From: Candidatus Kapaibacterium sp.
Lineage (GTDB): Bacteria; Bacteroidota; Ignavibacteria; Kapaibacteriales; UBA2268
NCBI GenBank assembly: GCA_963665665.1
Contig: OY762428.1
Coordinates: 288,001-352,000 of the forward strand
Direction: 5' to 3'
DNA: 64,000 bases
The position numbers and the translations under genes are program-made. The notes below the pieces were generated by a model. That model saw only the letters and a list, made by a program, of their open reading frames with translations. It did no database searches and was not told the origin of the DNA. Every line of letters begins with the position of its first letter. Position 1 is the first letter of the stretch. Below are positions 48,721 through 59,579 of this stretch, piece after piece.

Positions 48721-49698
48721 TTACTTTTTATCTTTCTTCTTCTTTCGCAGGTCTTTCCACTTTTTAATTATTTCAATTTCCTCATCACTTAAATTATCGG
48801 GCATATCAATATTCAGCTTAATGAACAAAGCTCCTTTTTTGTCCGGATCATTATAGTCAGGCATACCAAGGCCGTTAAGTTTCAATTTTTTTCCCTGCCC
48901 TGAACCTGGCGGGATAGTTATTTTCACTTTACCGGCAAAGGTAGATATCATAGTAGTGCCGCCAAGCAGAGCTTTGAAAAGATCGATATTAATATCAACA
49001 TACAGGTCATCCCCATTCCTTTCAACTCTCGGGTGTTCATTTACTTTAACCTTAATTATCAGGTCGCCCTTCGGCCCTCCTGTTTTGCCGGGCAATCCTT
49101 TTCCGCTGATTTTCTGGACATGTCCGTCTTTTATTCCCTGCTTAAATTTTATATCGAATTTATCTCCATTCACAGATAAAAGCCTGGATGTTCCCTTAAA
49201 AGCCTCCTCGAGAGAAATTTCAACTTCTGTTTTGTAATCCTCTCCCTTTTTGGCTTGCTTTTTAAATCCTGCTCCCGGGTTAAAACCTTTACCACCGCCA
49301 AATCCGCCAAATATCTTCTCAAAAAAGTCCGACATGCCTCCGGAATCGAATATATCACCGACAGTTTTACCTGACCTGCCAAATCCGCCTCCACCGCGAG
49401 GCCCGCCTGCATTTTTCTGGTTGAACCAGTCCTGCCAGTTGAAGTCAGAACTATTTCCTCCGGACTGACGAAAATTATTGAAAGAGGATCCCAGGTTGTC
49501 ATATTTGGCCCTTTTTTCAGGATCCTTCAATACCTGGTATGCTTCGCTTATATTTTTGAATTTCTCCTCAGCAGAAGCATCGCTTTTATTTTTATCGGGA
49601 TGATACTTCTGAGCAAGCTTGTGATATGCTTTTTTTATCTCCGCATCGCTTGCTTTCCTGTCAACCCCCAGTATTTTATAATAGTCCTTAAAATCCAT
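48721..49698 (-). CDS. DnaJ-class co-chaperone without zinc finger (CbpA-like)
   Basis: [12 protein letters not shown] domain with HPD, G/F-rich linker, C-terminal domain; no CxxCxGxG repeats. Confidence 0.92.
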   Translation of the reverse strand: MDFKDYYKILGVDRKASDAEIKKAYHKLAQKYHPDKNKSDASAEEKFKNISEAYQVLKDPEKRAKYDNLGSSFNNFRQSGGNSSDFNWQDWFNQKNAGGPRGGGGFGRSGKTVGDIFDSGGMSDFFEKIFGGFGGGKGFNPGAGFKKQAKKGEDYKTEVEISLEEAFKGTSRLLSVNGDKFDIKFKQGIKDGHVQKISGKGLPGKTGGPKGDLIIKVKVNEHPRVERNGDDLYVDINIDLFKALLGGTTMISTFAGKVKITIPPGSGQGKKLKLNGLGMPDYNDPDKKGALFIKLNIDMPDNLSDEEIEIIKKWKDLRKKKKDKK

Positions 49699-49964
49699 AT
49701 CAAACCTGAAAAATTTATTTTTATCCCAATACAAATTGCAAAATAATAAACGAAAATTGGCCTAAAAAATTGGTTTTCCAGTTTTCAAAAATATTCATTC
49801 CTTTCAACCTAATGGATTTTGATAAAAATTAACAAATTTTTTAATATTGTCTATAAGTCACTTTTAAATTACAATTCATATTATTATATTTCAGGAAGGG
49901 AATGTTACACATAACCTTTTGATACTGTTTCTGAAGTTATTACTTATCAATCAACGGTGAAAGT

Positions 49965-51461
49965 ATGCCAGGGAAAAAAATTATTATTATTGGTGCCGGA
50001 CCAGGTGGACTGTCTGCCGGGATGATATTAGCAAAAAAGGGTTTTGACGTAAATATCTACGAAAAACAAGAAATAATTGGCGGCCGTAACGGATTTATCA
50101 AGGCCGGTGATTTTAAATTTGACATCGGCCCCACATTTTTCCTTATGAAAGACGTACTTGAAGACATCTTCAACATTTGTTGGCGCCATCTTAGTGGTTA
50201 TGTTGATCTTGTTGAAGTTGATCCTATGTACAGGCTTGATTTCAAGGACAAGGTTCTGTTCCCTACAACCGATAAGCAAAGAATGGTAAAAGAACTTGAA
50301 AGGGTTTTTCCTGGTTCTTCTAACGGTTACTTACGTTTCAGAGATAATGAAGATAAAAAATATAAAAAACTTATACCCTGCCTTCAGGTTCCATACGGAA
50401 AGGTAAGTGATTACTTTTCGATGAGAATTTTAAAATCTCTTCCCTACCTTGATGCTCACATCAGCCTTTACGATGTTCTGGGAAGATATTTTGATAATGA
50501 AACGCAAAAAATATGCTTTACATTTCAGGCGAAATATATTGGCATGTCGCCTTGGGAAGCACCCGGGACTTTCAGTATTATTTCATATATCGAACACGGC
50601 GGAGGTATTTACCATGTGACAGGTGGCCTGAACAAACTTTCCGAAGCAATGGCAAAGGTGATTCAAGAGGAAAAGGGCCAGATCCACCTCGGCTGTGAAG
50701 TTGATGAAATTATTGTTGAAAATGGAGAAGCAAAGGGCGTTAAACTAAAAGACGGAACGATTGAAAAAGCTGATTACGTGATAGTTAATGCCGACTTCGC
50801 TAATGCAATGACCAAACTTGTCGGCCCGGAAAAAAGAAAAAAATATAACGACAGGAAACTTGAAAAAATGAAATATTCCTGCTCAACTTTCATGCTTTAT
50901 CTCGGATTGGATAAAGTGTACGATCATTTAGACCATCACAATATATTCTTTGCTGAAGATTACGCGAGAAATGTAAAGGAAATTTCCGAAAATAAAGTAA
51001 TTTCCGAGGATACATCATTTTATGTGCATAACCCCAGTAAAATTGATCCCACAATGGCTCCGGATGGAAAATCTGCTGTATATGTTCTTGTACCGGTAGG
51101 AAATCTCAGTAAGGGTATAGACTGGGAAGGCAATAAAGAAAAGTTCAGAGATAAAATTCTTGGACTTCTGGAAACAAGAGCAGGAATGAAAAATCTAAAA
51201 GAACATATTGAAGAATTAAGAGTAATTACGCCCGTAGACTGGCGGGATAAAATGGACGTCCACTACGGGGCAACTTTTAATCTCGGGCATAATATCGGGC
51301 AGATGCTTTACTTCAGGCCACATAATGAATTCGAAGAATTTAAAAACTGCTATCTTGTAGGAGGTGGTACTCATCCGGGCAGCGGACTCCCGACAATCTA
51401 TGAATCAGGAAGGATAAGCGCCGAAATGATTTTGAAAAATGAGGGAATGCAGTTAAAGTAG
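49965..51461 (+). CDS. Phytoene desaturase (CrtI/CrtN) family flavoprotein
   Basis: IIGAGPGGL, FDIGPT, SCSTFMLYLG, YLVGGGTHPGSGLP. Confidence 0.9.
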   Translation: MPGKKIIIIGAGPGGLSAGMILAKKGFDVNIYEKQEIIGGRNGFIKAGDFKFDIGPTFFLMKDVLEDIFNICWRHLSGYVDLVEVDPMYRLDFKDKVLFPTTDKQRMVKELERVFPGSSNGYLRFRDNEDKKYKKLIPCLQVPYGKVSDYFSMRILKSLPYLDAHISLYDVLGRYFDNETQKICFTFQAKYIGMSPWEAPGTFSIISYIEHGGGIYHVTGGLNKLSEAMAKVIQEEKGQIHLGCEVDEIIVENGEAKGVKLKDGTIEKADYVIVNADFANAMTKLVGPEKRKKYNDRKLEKMKYSCSTFMLYLGLDKVYDHLDHHNIFFAEDYARNVKEISENKVISEDTSFYVHNPSKIDPTMAPDGKSAVYVLVPVGNLSKGIDWEGNKEKFRDKILGLLETRAGMKNLKEHIEELRVITPVDWRDKMDVHYGATFNLGHNIGQMLYFRPHNEFEEFKNCYLVGGGTHPGSGLPTIYESGRISAEMILKNEGMQLK

Positions 51462-51633
51462 CTTTTTTCTAATTAATTATTTTTTACATAAGTTTATATA
51501 ATATACTTCGGCTAATCGATAACCGGATAGGAAAATATTTTTGCTTTGATTTTTCTATTTTGAATCCAAAGCTAAATATCGAATTTTATATAATGATTAT
51601 TTAAGATCACAAAAGACCGGAAAATTTGAGATT

Positions 51634-52770
51634 ATGACCCATTTAATACAAATCAGAAAAAAACTACACCAAATGGCTGAAATTTCGGGCAAAGAGAAAA
51701 ATACATCTAAATTTATTGCTGACTATCTGAAATCGACATCTCCGGCAAGAATTATTGAGAATATCGGAGGATATGGCGTAGCGGCAGAATATGGAACAGA
51801 TTCTCATTCACCTGTTATAATGCTGAGGGCAGATATCGACGCTCTGCCAATAACTGAAACTAATAATTTTGATTATATAAGCATTAACAAAGGAATATCC
51901 CATAAATGCGGACATGACGGCCATACAACTATACTTCTCGGGATTGCACAAAAAGCAAAATCTATTGCAGATAAATATTCCTGCCGAATAATTTTACTTT
52001 TCCAACCGGCAGAAGAAACTGCAACTGGCGCTAAGGCCATTCTGGAAGATGAGAAATTTGAAAGTATTCAGCCGGATTATATTTTCGGACTTCATAATCT
52101 TCCGGGCTATCCAAAAGGCAGTATTATTGTAAGGGACGGTGTATTTTCATCTGCCTCAAAAGGATTCAGTGTTCATTTTCAAGGCAGAACATCTCACGCA
52201 GCACATCCCGAGGAAGGAAAATCACCTGTTCTTGCTATGATTAATACAATCCAGGGATTAATGGCTTTGCCATCGCTTCACACCAAATTGGAAGATTCTG
52301 CTAATGTTACAATAATTCATGCCAGTCTCGGCGAGATTGCTTTCGGTACATCTCCGGGAAAAGCCGATGTTATGGCTACATTCAGATCATATAAAAACAG
52401 AGATATGGATAAAATAAGTACCGAAGCAGCAAAAATTTGTGATAATTTTGCAGCAGCCTATCATTTGAAGCATAATATCGAATGGCATGAGGAATTTCCT
52501 GCAAATGTAAATCATGAATTTTGTAATAGTATCATCAGGAAATCAGCAGAGGATCTCGGAATGGATATTGTTCAGCCTGAAATTCCCTTTCCCTGGTCTG
52601 AAGATTTTGCTTACTACACCGGGAAATATAAAGGTGCTTTTTTCGGGCTTGGTGCAGGACTTGAATGCCCGGGGCTGCACAATCCGGATTATGATTTTCA
52701 AGATGATATTATTGATAAGGGAATAGAAATATTTACCAGTATCATTACTAACATTCTGGAGAAAGGATAA
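51634..52770 (+). CDS. M20D family amidohydrolase
   Basis: LRADIDALP, HKCGHDGH, FQPAEE, GLHNLPG, SEDF, LHNPDYDF. Confidence 0.92.
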   Translation: MTHLIQIRKKLHQMAEISGKEKNTSKFIADYLKSTSPARIIENIGGYGVAAEYGTDSHSPVIMLRADIDALPITETNNFDYISINKGISHKCGHDGHTTILLGIAQKAKSIADKYSCRIILLFQPAEETATGAKAILEDEKFESIQPDYIFGLHNLPGYPKGSIIVRDGVFSSASKGFSVHFQGRTSHAAHPEEGKSPVLAMINTIQGLMALPSLHTKLEDSANVTIIHASLGEIAFGTSPGKADVMATFRSYKNRDMDKISTEAAKICDNFAAAYHLKHNIEWHEEFPANVNHEFCNSIIRKSAEDLGMDIVQPEIPFPWSEDFAYYTGKYKGAFFGLGAGLECPGLHNPDYDFQDDIIDKGIEIFTSIITNILEKG

Positions 52771-52777
52771 TTTTTTC

Positions 52778-53932
52778 ATGGTTCCTTGTTCTTATATTGA
52801 ATTGGATAAAAAAGCTTTAAAAAAAAATATACAATATTTAAAAAAGAGAATTGGTTCCGCGGAATTTGTTTCTGTAATTAAAGGTAACGCATACGGACAT
52901 GGAATTGAACCATACCTGCCCCTTGCTGAAGAATGCGGAGTGAAATATTTCGCTGTATCAGACAGCAATGAAGCAGAAAGAGCCTTCAGTGTTAAACGCC
53001 CTGAATCGCATATAATAATAATGAATATGGTTGACAACAGTGATTTAAAAGAAATAATTGAAAGTGGTATTTCTTTCTTTGTTTTCAATTTTGACAGGCT
53101 AAGGAAAACAATTGAAGTAGCAAAATCTATTGGAATACCTGCAAAGATCCATTTAGAGCTGGAAACTGGTTTAAACCGAACCGGGTTTAATGAAAAAGAA
53201 ATTCTGAAAGTAATTGATATTGTGAACGACAATAAGCAATGGCTTGAAATAATGGGTATATGTACTCATTATGCAGGAGCGGAAAGTATTGCAAATTATT
53301 ACAGAATCCAAAATCAGAAAACAAGTTTTGAAGAGTTAAAACTGCTTATTAGAAAGCGAGGCATTGTACCCGGATTTTATCATACCGCCTGTTCGGCAGC
53401 TGCTCTTACCTACCCGGATACAATAATGGGTATGGTGCGCTTTGGAATTGCTCAATATGGTTTTTGGCCCAGTAATGAAACCAGAATATATAACATGCTG
53501 TCTGATGAAGCACATTTTTCCAGCGATCCGCTAAAAAGAATTTTATCCTGGAAAAGTTCTGTAATTTCTGTTAAAGATATTCCTACAGGCGAATTTATTG
53601 GCTACGGAAATAATTATCTGGCAACCAAAGATATGAAAGTCGCAGTTATTCCTTTGGGATATTATCACGGTTATTCACGCAGCCTAAGCAACCTTGGATA
53701 TGTTCTTATTAATAAAAAGAAATCTCCGATAGTTGGAATGGTTAATATGAATATGATAATTACTGACGTAACTTGTATTTCAAATATTAAAATCGGAGAC
53801 GAAGTTGTGATAATCGGTAAGCAGGGAAAACATGTGATAACAGTTTCATCATTTTCCGACTTGTCGAATTATGTAAATTACGAAATGCTGGTCAGGCTTC
53901 CTTATGAAATACCAAGAAAGATTATTGGATAG
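52778..53932 (+). CDS. alr: Alanine racemase
   Basis: VIKGNAYGHG PLP lysine motif, ETGLNRTG, VRFGI, IGYG, GMVNMN. Confidence 0.92.
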   Translation: MVPCSYIELDKKALKKNIQYLKKRIGSAEFVSVIKGNAYGHGIEPYLPLAEECGVKYFAVSDSNEAERAFSVKRPESHIIIMNMVDNSDLKEIIESGISFFVFNFDRLRKTIEVAKSIGIPAKIHLELETGLNRTGFNEKEILKVIDIVNDNKQWLEIMGICTHYAGAESIANYYRIQNQKTSFEELKLLIRKRGIVPGFYHTACSAAALTYPDTIMGMVRFGIAQYGFWPSNETRIYNMLSDEAHFSSDPLKRILSWKSSVISVKDIPTGEFIGYGNNYLATKDMKVAVIPLGYYHGYSRSLSNLGYVLINKKKSPIVGMVNMNMIITDVTCISNIKIGDEVVIIGKQGKHVITVSSFSDLSNYVNYEMLVRLPYEIPRKIIG

Positions 53933-54216
53933 GGATATCAGCAAGATAGTGTTTATGATTATGCCCTTGCTGACTTTTTAGTTTGATTACTGCTATTAGC
54001 CCTAAAGCAATCTTTGATACAAATTCCAGAGCATACTGCCGGGTTTATTGAATCAGGTTTTGCCGTGCATTGTACACCTGGTAGATTTATTATCGTTTCG
54101 CTTATGAAATTTCATTAGCAGGAATAAATTCTTATATCTCAAAAATTTTTGTATATTTCCAGTATTAGAATTATATTCATTAGTTAGTATTAAAATCATT
54201 TCAGGAAGTTAACCAA

Positions 54217-55554
54217 ATGAAATTATTCAAGCCTTTTTACTTCGTTTTTTTATTTGTATTTTTTTTAGGAATTTCATGCAGCAAGCAGGAACCTGCTGAA
54301 AAATTTATCGATGAAAAGCCTTATCAAATTGGTAAATGGAATTCGTCAGATCAGAAACATTTAAATAAATGGCTGACAAATATTATTAATGAAAGTGGTA
54401 GAAACAAAAAAGATTTGCATCCCGTTATTCAGGAATTTAAGGAGATGATAGAGAACGATGCCCATCTGTTCATGCTTTTTACTCAAATGTTCGAACAGAT
54501 ACCGCAGGATTCAATTTTTCTGAGCGACCCAACAGGAAAACCACAGGTAAGGGATTACAAACACATGCTTGAATTACTCAACCATATAATAACCAGGGCA
54601 CCGGAATTCAATAAAACCGGGCTTGTCGGATTTCCGATTAATGCTATTCTTGACTGGCCAATGGGTACAAAAGCCGGTACAGAAGCATTTATGATAGAAA
54701 AAGTTAACCGGCAACTGAAAAAGATATTGAATACCTGGGCTGTATATCTGAACTCGGAAGACTCCCGTTATGTATTAAATGACGACCCGCGCAAAGGCTG
54801 GTTCGGAGAAGATGCACGCGAAGCTATGCCTACCTTTGTAGAAGATTTTGTTTGCGACCCCCAACTGCCATACTACGGATTTAGCTCATGGGATAATTTC
54901 TTCACCCGTGTTTTCCGCGATGGAAAAAGGCCCGTTGCCAGTCCCGACAATGATAATATTATTGCTAATGCCTGTGAATCCGCGCCATACCGCTTAGCTG
55001 AAAATGTAAAACTGACAGATAAATTCTGGATAAAATCACAGCCCTATTCACTTAAACACATGATGAACAGCGACCCTTTTACTGAAAAATTTATTGCCGG
55101 AACGATTTATCAGGCGTTTTTAAGTGCTGAAAGTTATCATCGCTGGCACTCACCTGTTAGCGGAAAAATAGTAAAAACTGAAATAATTGACGGCTCATAT
55201 TATGCAGAAACTCTCGCCGAGGGGTTCGACCCGGCCGGCCCAAATAATTCTCAGGGATATATCACTCATACCGCCGCAAGAGCATTAGTTTTTATCGAAG
55301 CAGACAATCCAAAAATCGGATTGATGGCTGCAATGTTTGTTGGAATGGCAGAAGTATCATCGAATGAATTTACTGTGGAAGCCGGGCAGCATATCAACAA
55401 AGGAGATCAGCTCGGAATGTTCCACTATGGTGGTTCAACTCATTGCCTGTTCTTCAGGCCGGAAGTAAAACTTGAGTTCAATCTTCGAGGACAAACTCCG
55501 GGGCTTGATACAAAGAATATTCTTGTCAGATCTGAATTGGCAGTGGTTAAGTAA
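54217..55554 (+). CDS. Phosphatidylserine decarboxylase family protein with long N-terminal domain (PsiD-like), predicted lipoprotein
   Basis: LVGFPIN, FFTR, YHRWHSPVSG, GMAEVS, GGST self-cleavage motif; lipobox GISC. Confidence 0.85.
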   Translation: MKLFKPFYFVFLFVFFLGISCSKQEPAEKFIDEKPYQIGKWNSSDQKHLNKWLTNIINESGRNKKDLHPVIQEFKEMIENDAHLFMLFTQMFEQIPQDSIFLSDPTGKPQVRDYKHMLELLNHIITRAPEFNKTGLVGFPINAILDWPMGTKAGTEAFMIEKVNRQLKKILNTWAVYLNSEDSRYVLNDDPRKGWFGEDAREAMPTFVEDFVCDPQLPYYGFSSWDNFFTRVFRDGKRPVASPDNDNIIANACESAPYRLAENVKLTDKFWIKSQPYSLKHMMNSDPFTEKFIAGTIYQAFLSAESYHRWHSPVSGKIVKTEIIDGSYYAETLAEGFDPAGPNNSQGYITHTAARALVFIEADNPKIGLMAAMFVGMAEVSSNEFTVEAGQHINKGDQLGMFHYGGSTHCLFFRPEVKLEFNLRGQTPGLDTKNILVRSELAVVK

Positions 55555-55812
55555 TTAGTTTTCTTTGAATATATGTTTAAAAAATTAAAATACGAAGCTG
55601 CCATTTCATATCATATCGGTATATTTGATTGAGTAGCATATCCCGAGGGTATTATTCTCCCGCAAATCCAGTGGGAAATAAAGGCTGTCAAGACTTCCGA
55701 CAATTGCCGTTACATGAAATATAAGCGCAACCGCCCGGAAAGAAACTGCCATAAACTATAAATATTTCATGAAAAGAAAAAGGAAATTTGAGTTAGGGAG
55801 AGATTTAAATTA

Positions 55813-56238
55813 TTAATAAGGCTGTTTTTTTTCGTTGAATACGGCATAATTACCGGATTCAATTATTTCATATTGGTCAGGATTGAGATTAAGAAGATAG
55901 GCCCATGCGAATATTGTTTTCCTTCCGTCGCTAACACGTATTATTTTTCTCTCATATTCGTTTTCTGCCATATCATACTCAATAATTCCTTCATATTCAT
56001 CCATTAAATTCAAAATATTCTGCTTATTTTTTGTTATTCTAAACAAATCTGCACTAATATAATCTGATGAATCAGGGTCATAAATCGCACCGGGATATTC
56101 TCCGAGATCATACAACTTTCCCGGAAAAGATACTTCAGAAATAAAATCGGCATTTTCAGATAATAATTTCGAATATTTATTATCATTGCCTCTCATCAAT
56201 GTTCCGTAAACAACAATATAATCAGAATCATTTATCAT
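55813..56238 (-). CDS. Gamma-glutamylcyclotransferase (AIG2-like) protein
   Basis: VYGTLM, LYDLGEYPG, MDEYEG, YER, AWAY. Confidence 0.88.
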   Translation of the reverse strand: MINDSDYIVVYGTLMRGNDNKYSKLLSENADFISEVSFPGKLYDLGEYPGAIYDPDSSDYISADLFRITKNKQNILNLMDEYEGIIEYDMAENEYERKIIRVSDGRKTIFAWAYLLNLNPDQYEIIESGNYAVFNEKKQPY

Positions 56239-56728
56239 TTAAAGCCATTTCCTTTGCCAAATTCAATGTTATATCAAACTGTTCTTCTTCCATATATTTA
56301 ATAACCCATTCATACTTTACTAACAGACGAAGATAGTAATCGAACATTTTTCTAATTTCATTGATTTTGAGCTGCTTCAAATCTTTAAATGTTGCAATAA
56401 GTTGGAAGAAATTCAGATAAATTGTTAAATATTCAACCAATTCCTTTTCTTCATCAAGAACGTTTTTATTATCCAGTACCTTTTCAACCGATAATTTCAG
56501 TTTCTCAAATTTACTATGCTGATCGCCCCAGTCAAGGATCTCACGTATTTCTTTGTATAGTATGTTTTCATAAAATTTTTCAAACATCTTGTTTAGCCAT
56601 TCTGCCTTCTTCAATTTTACCGTATGTCTGTAATTCAGAAATGTAAAAATTATTATCAACAGAGTACATGGATAAAATACAATCTCAAAAATTAGCTTTA
56701 TGACGTTAAGATATGATATTTCAGGCAT
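56228..56728 (-). CDS. Hypothetical membrane-anchored protein (DUF4760-like)
   Basis: N-terminal TM helix, YLNFFQ pattern; GGAG upstream of ATG 56728; overlaps the GGCT start. Confidence 0.6.
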   Translation of the reverse strand: MPEISYLNVIKLIFEIVFYPCTLLIIIFTFLNYRHTVKLKKAEWLNKMFEKFYENILYKEIREILDWGDQHSKFEKLKLSVEKVLDNKNVLDEEKELVEYLTIYLNFFQLIATFKDLKQLKINEIRKMFDYYLRLLVKYEWVIKYMEEEQFDITLNLAKEMALNDK

Positions 56729-57003
56729 AAAGAATTCTCCAAGGGTATGATTCGATAAAGTCTTATAAAATAAAAGATAAAAATAATTCCATGACTGCAA
56801 AATTTTTTTTTCATGTAAAGGTTTTTAGGCTTTAAAGAAATATTTTTAAAATTAGCTATGTGCAGATATTTCTAAAAGGTTCATGCGCAATATGCCCCGT
56901 ATAAATAATATGCCCAACACTAATTAATGTTGAGCATCTTTTATCATTAATTCAGGTTTTCGCTGAAAACATGAATAATTTCAAAATTGATAATTCGCAA
57001 TAA

Positions 57004-57019
57004 TGGCACATAATTTGAT
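57004..57019 (+). promoter_or_regulatory. Possible sigma-54 -24/-12 promoter
   Basis: TGGCAC-ATAAT-TTGAT matches TGGCAC-N5-TTGC except the last C; 35 bp before ATG 57055. Confidence 0.35.
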
Positions 57020-57054
57020 TAATGAAAATTAAATATTAATTAAGGAGTTGAATT

Positions 57055-57693
57055 ATGTTTAAAACGTATTTTATACCAATTATAGCACTTTTTATAGGTT
57101 TTTTCGGCCTTGGCAGCGGTGCTGACAGCGATTCAGAGAACCTGCTTCACCCTGACGGGAACAATATTGACAGCATGATAACACGATTCGGGCAAAGTGC
57201 TTACAAATCTTTTTATTCTATTGAGGAATTAAGGCCGATCTCGATTATTCACTTAGACAAAACAAGCGAGATGTATGCTAATAAATGGATTTCCCCGGAT
57301 GAAATTATCCCACTTCTAAACAACGAGGAAAAAAAATCATTGAAATCACGCATCGGGGATATTATTGAAACTATGGAACCGGAAAGACGCAAAAACATGA
57401 CTTTGCAGATAAATAATTGGTGTATGGCCGACATTCAGTTCAGTGTTCTGCTAAATACAATGGGATTTGCCCCTTCTGAACTATTGAAAGCTGTTTATGA
57501 AAATGACAGAACAAGATATATATTTCATGAATTTGGTAAGCAGGGGAATACTGAAATTAACCTTATGGAACCAAATGATAAGGACAAGGCTCTGAATAAG
57601 GCAAAAAATGCAATATCATACATGACTAAAAAAGAGCAGATGGATTACTACTCAGATATATTTTCTAAGTTGGCCCTGATCGTTAAGAATTAG
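57055..57693 (+). CDS. Exported hypothetical protein
   Basis: AAGGAG RBS, N-terminal hydrophobic signal, own terminator; no family recognised. Confidence 0.75.
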   Translation: MFKTYFIPIIALFIGFFGLGSGADSDSENLLHPDGNNIDSMITRFGQSAYKSFYSIEELRPISIIHLDKTSEMYANKWISPDEIIPLLNNEEKKSLKSRIGDIIETMEPERRKNMTLQINNWCMADIQFSVLLNTMGFAPSELLKAVYENDRTRYIFHEFGKQGNTEINLMEPNDKDKALNKAKNAISYMTKKEQMDYYSDIFSKLALIVKN

Positions 57694-57712
57694 TTAGCCG
57701 ACAATTCACAAC

Positions 57713-57739
57713 AAAGCCCCGGAGTTATTCGGGGTTTTT
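57713..57739 (+). terminator. Intrinsic terminator
   Basis: AAAGCCCCGGA-gtta-TTCGGGGTTTT. Confidence 0.75.
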
Positions 57740-57851
57740 ATTTTTAAACCAAAACTTTCAGAAAATTTTTACGTAAAGCCAAGTGAATAATTGACAAATA
57801 TTTTCCTTATATTGTAGTTTGTGTATTAACAAAAAAAAGATACGGAATATC

Positions 57852-58520
57852 ATGGATATCAGAAAAATTGTTGGCATCATAATTATCATACTCGGAATAG
57901 GTTTTCTGCTGAATCGTTTTGATGTTATCGACTTTCCATTCAGCATATTTGAATGGTGGCCTACAATACTGATAATTATGGGCTTGCTGAAAATCAGCAA
58001 GAACAAAGAAAGTATGACAACCGGATTTGTTCTGATTGGGCTCGGTGTGATTTTTCAAGCTATTGAACTTGATATTCTGCCTGGCAACTTCTGGGATTAT
58101 TTCTGGCCTTTGCTACTGATTATTATCGGGTTAAGCCTGATCCGTGGCAGAAGGAAAAAAAAGCATGGTGCTTTTGAAGATAAGGAAAAACTTAACGAAT
58201 TTGTAGTTTTCGGTGGATCCGACCTCCGGGTAAATTCAACGGATTTTAAGGGTGGCAATCTTGGAGCAGTTTTCGGAGGACTTACAATAGATCTGAGAGA
58301 TGCAGAAATCTGTATGGGCCAGGCTGAACTTGATATATTCACTGCTTTTGGAAGTACCGAACTTTTCGTACCGGAGAACTGGAAAATAGTTACCAGCGGT
58401 ATGCCTATACTCGGGGCCATGGAAAATAAAACAAGGCCTTACTTCGGCGATAAAAATGATATCAGGCCGGTTCTTAACATTAAATACACTGTTCTTTTCG
58501 GAAGCATAGAAATTAAATAA
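57852..58520 (+). CDS. LiaF-like cell-envelope stress membrane protein (DUF2154-type)
   Basis: Repeated WPxxLIIxG TM motifs; FGG...IDLR...FG...VP..W adhesin-like C-terminus. Confidence 0.85.
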   Translation: MDIRKIVGIIIIILGIGFLLNRFDVIDFPFSIFEWWPTILIIMGLLKISKNKESMTTGFVLIGLGVIFQAIELDILPGNFWDYFWPLLLIIIGLSLIRGRRKKKHGAFEDKEKLNEFVVFGGSDLRVNSTDFKGGNLGAVFGGLTIDLRDAEICMGQAELDIFTAFGSTELFVPENWKIVTSGMPILGAMENKTRPYFGDKNDIRPVLNIKYTVLFGSIEIK

Positions 58521-58551
58521 ATCAGTATTGGAAATTTAAGACGCATAAGTT

Positions 58552-59547
58552 ATGGAAGAGAAAAAAATTATTTTAAGCGGCATTCAGCCATCAGGAAAAC
58601 TTCATATAGGAAATTTATTCGGAGCTATTCAAAACTGGGTTAAAATGCAGGATGAGTTCAAATGCTTTTTTACTGTTGTTGACCTTCATGCAATTACTGT
58701 TCGCCAGGTTCCCGCAGATCTTAGAAAAAATACACTTGATCTGGCTGCATTATTACTGGCTTGCGGAATTGATCCTGAAAAGAGCTCACTTTTTGTTCAG
58801 TCGCACGTTACAGAGCATGCTCAGCTTGCCTGGGTGCTTGATACTTTTACCCAGATGGGTGAACTTAGCAGGATGACTCAGTTCAAGGAAAAATCCCGTC
58901 GCCATGAAGATAATATCAATGTCGGGCTTTTTGCCTATCCGGTACTTCAGGCTGCCGATATTTTGTTATACCAGGCTGACGCTGTTCCTGTTGGTGAAGA
59001 CCAGAAACAACACCTGGAGATTACAAGAGACATTGCAAACAGGTTCAATAATGCGTACTCGCCTACATTCAAACTACCCGAGCCATATATTCCGCCAGTT
59101 GGAGCAAGGATTATGAACCTGCAGGAACCGACAAAGAAAATGTCTAAATCAGACGACAATGAGAAAGCAACTGTATATGTTACTGACTCTGATAAAGAGA
59201 TCATAAATAAAATAAAAAGAGCAGTTACCGACTCCGGCGAGGGGATAACATTTTCAGACGACAAACCCGGAGTAAAAAATCTAATTTCGATTATGAATGC
59301 TGCAACAGGAATGAGCATTCAGCAAATTGAAGAAAAATACGGAAGCTATGGCTACGGAGATTTTAAACTTGCTGTTGGCGAGGCTCTGGCAGAGCATATT
59401 AACCCGATCAGAACCAGATATGAAGAAATAAGAAAAGACAAAAAACGTCTTCAGGAAGTGCTGGCCGGTGGTGCCGAGCAAGCTCGCAGGACAGCGTTCA
59501 AAACCCTAAGGAAAGTATATAAGAAAATAGGGTTCGTTCAGTTTTAA
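58552..59547 (+). CDS. trpS: Tryptophan--tRNA ligase
   Basis: SGIQPSGKLHIGN, YPVLQAADI, VGEDQKQH, KMSKS. Confidence 0.98.
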   Translation: MEEKKIILSGIQPSGKLHIGNLFGAIQNWVKMQDEFKCFFTVVDLHAITVRQVPADLRKNTLDLAALLLACGIDPEKSSLFVQSHVTEHAQLAWVLDTFTQMGELSRMTQFKEKSRRHEDNINVGLFAYPVLQAADILLYQADAVPVGEDQKQHLEITRDIANRFNNAYSPTFKLPEPYIPPVGARIMNLQEPTKKMSKSDDNEKATVYVTDSDKEIINKIKRAVTDSGEGITFSDDKPGVKNLISIMNAATGMSIQQIEEKYGSYGYGDFKLAVGEALAEHINPIRTRYEEIRKDKKRLQEVLAGGAEQARRTAFKTLRKVYKKIGFVQF

Positions 59548-59579
59548 ATTATAGATTTGGACAATAGGAGTGATAAAAG

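Noticed and set aside
55590-55760. Short minus-strand frame (about 48 aa, MAVSFRAVALIF...) between the decarboxylase and GGCT genes
   Set aside because: No clear RBS or recognisable motif; may be a decayed remnant but unsupported
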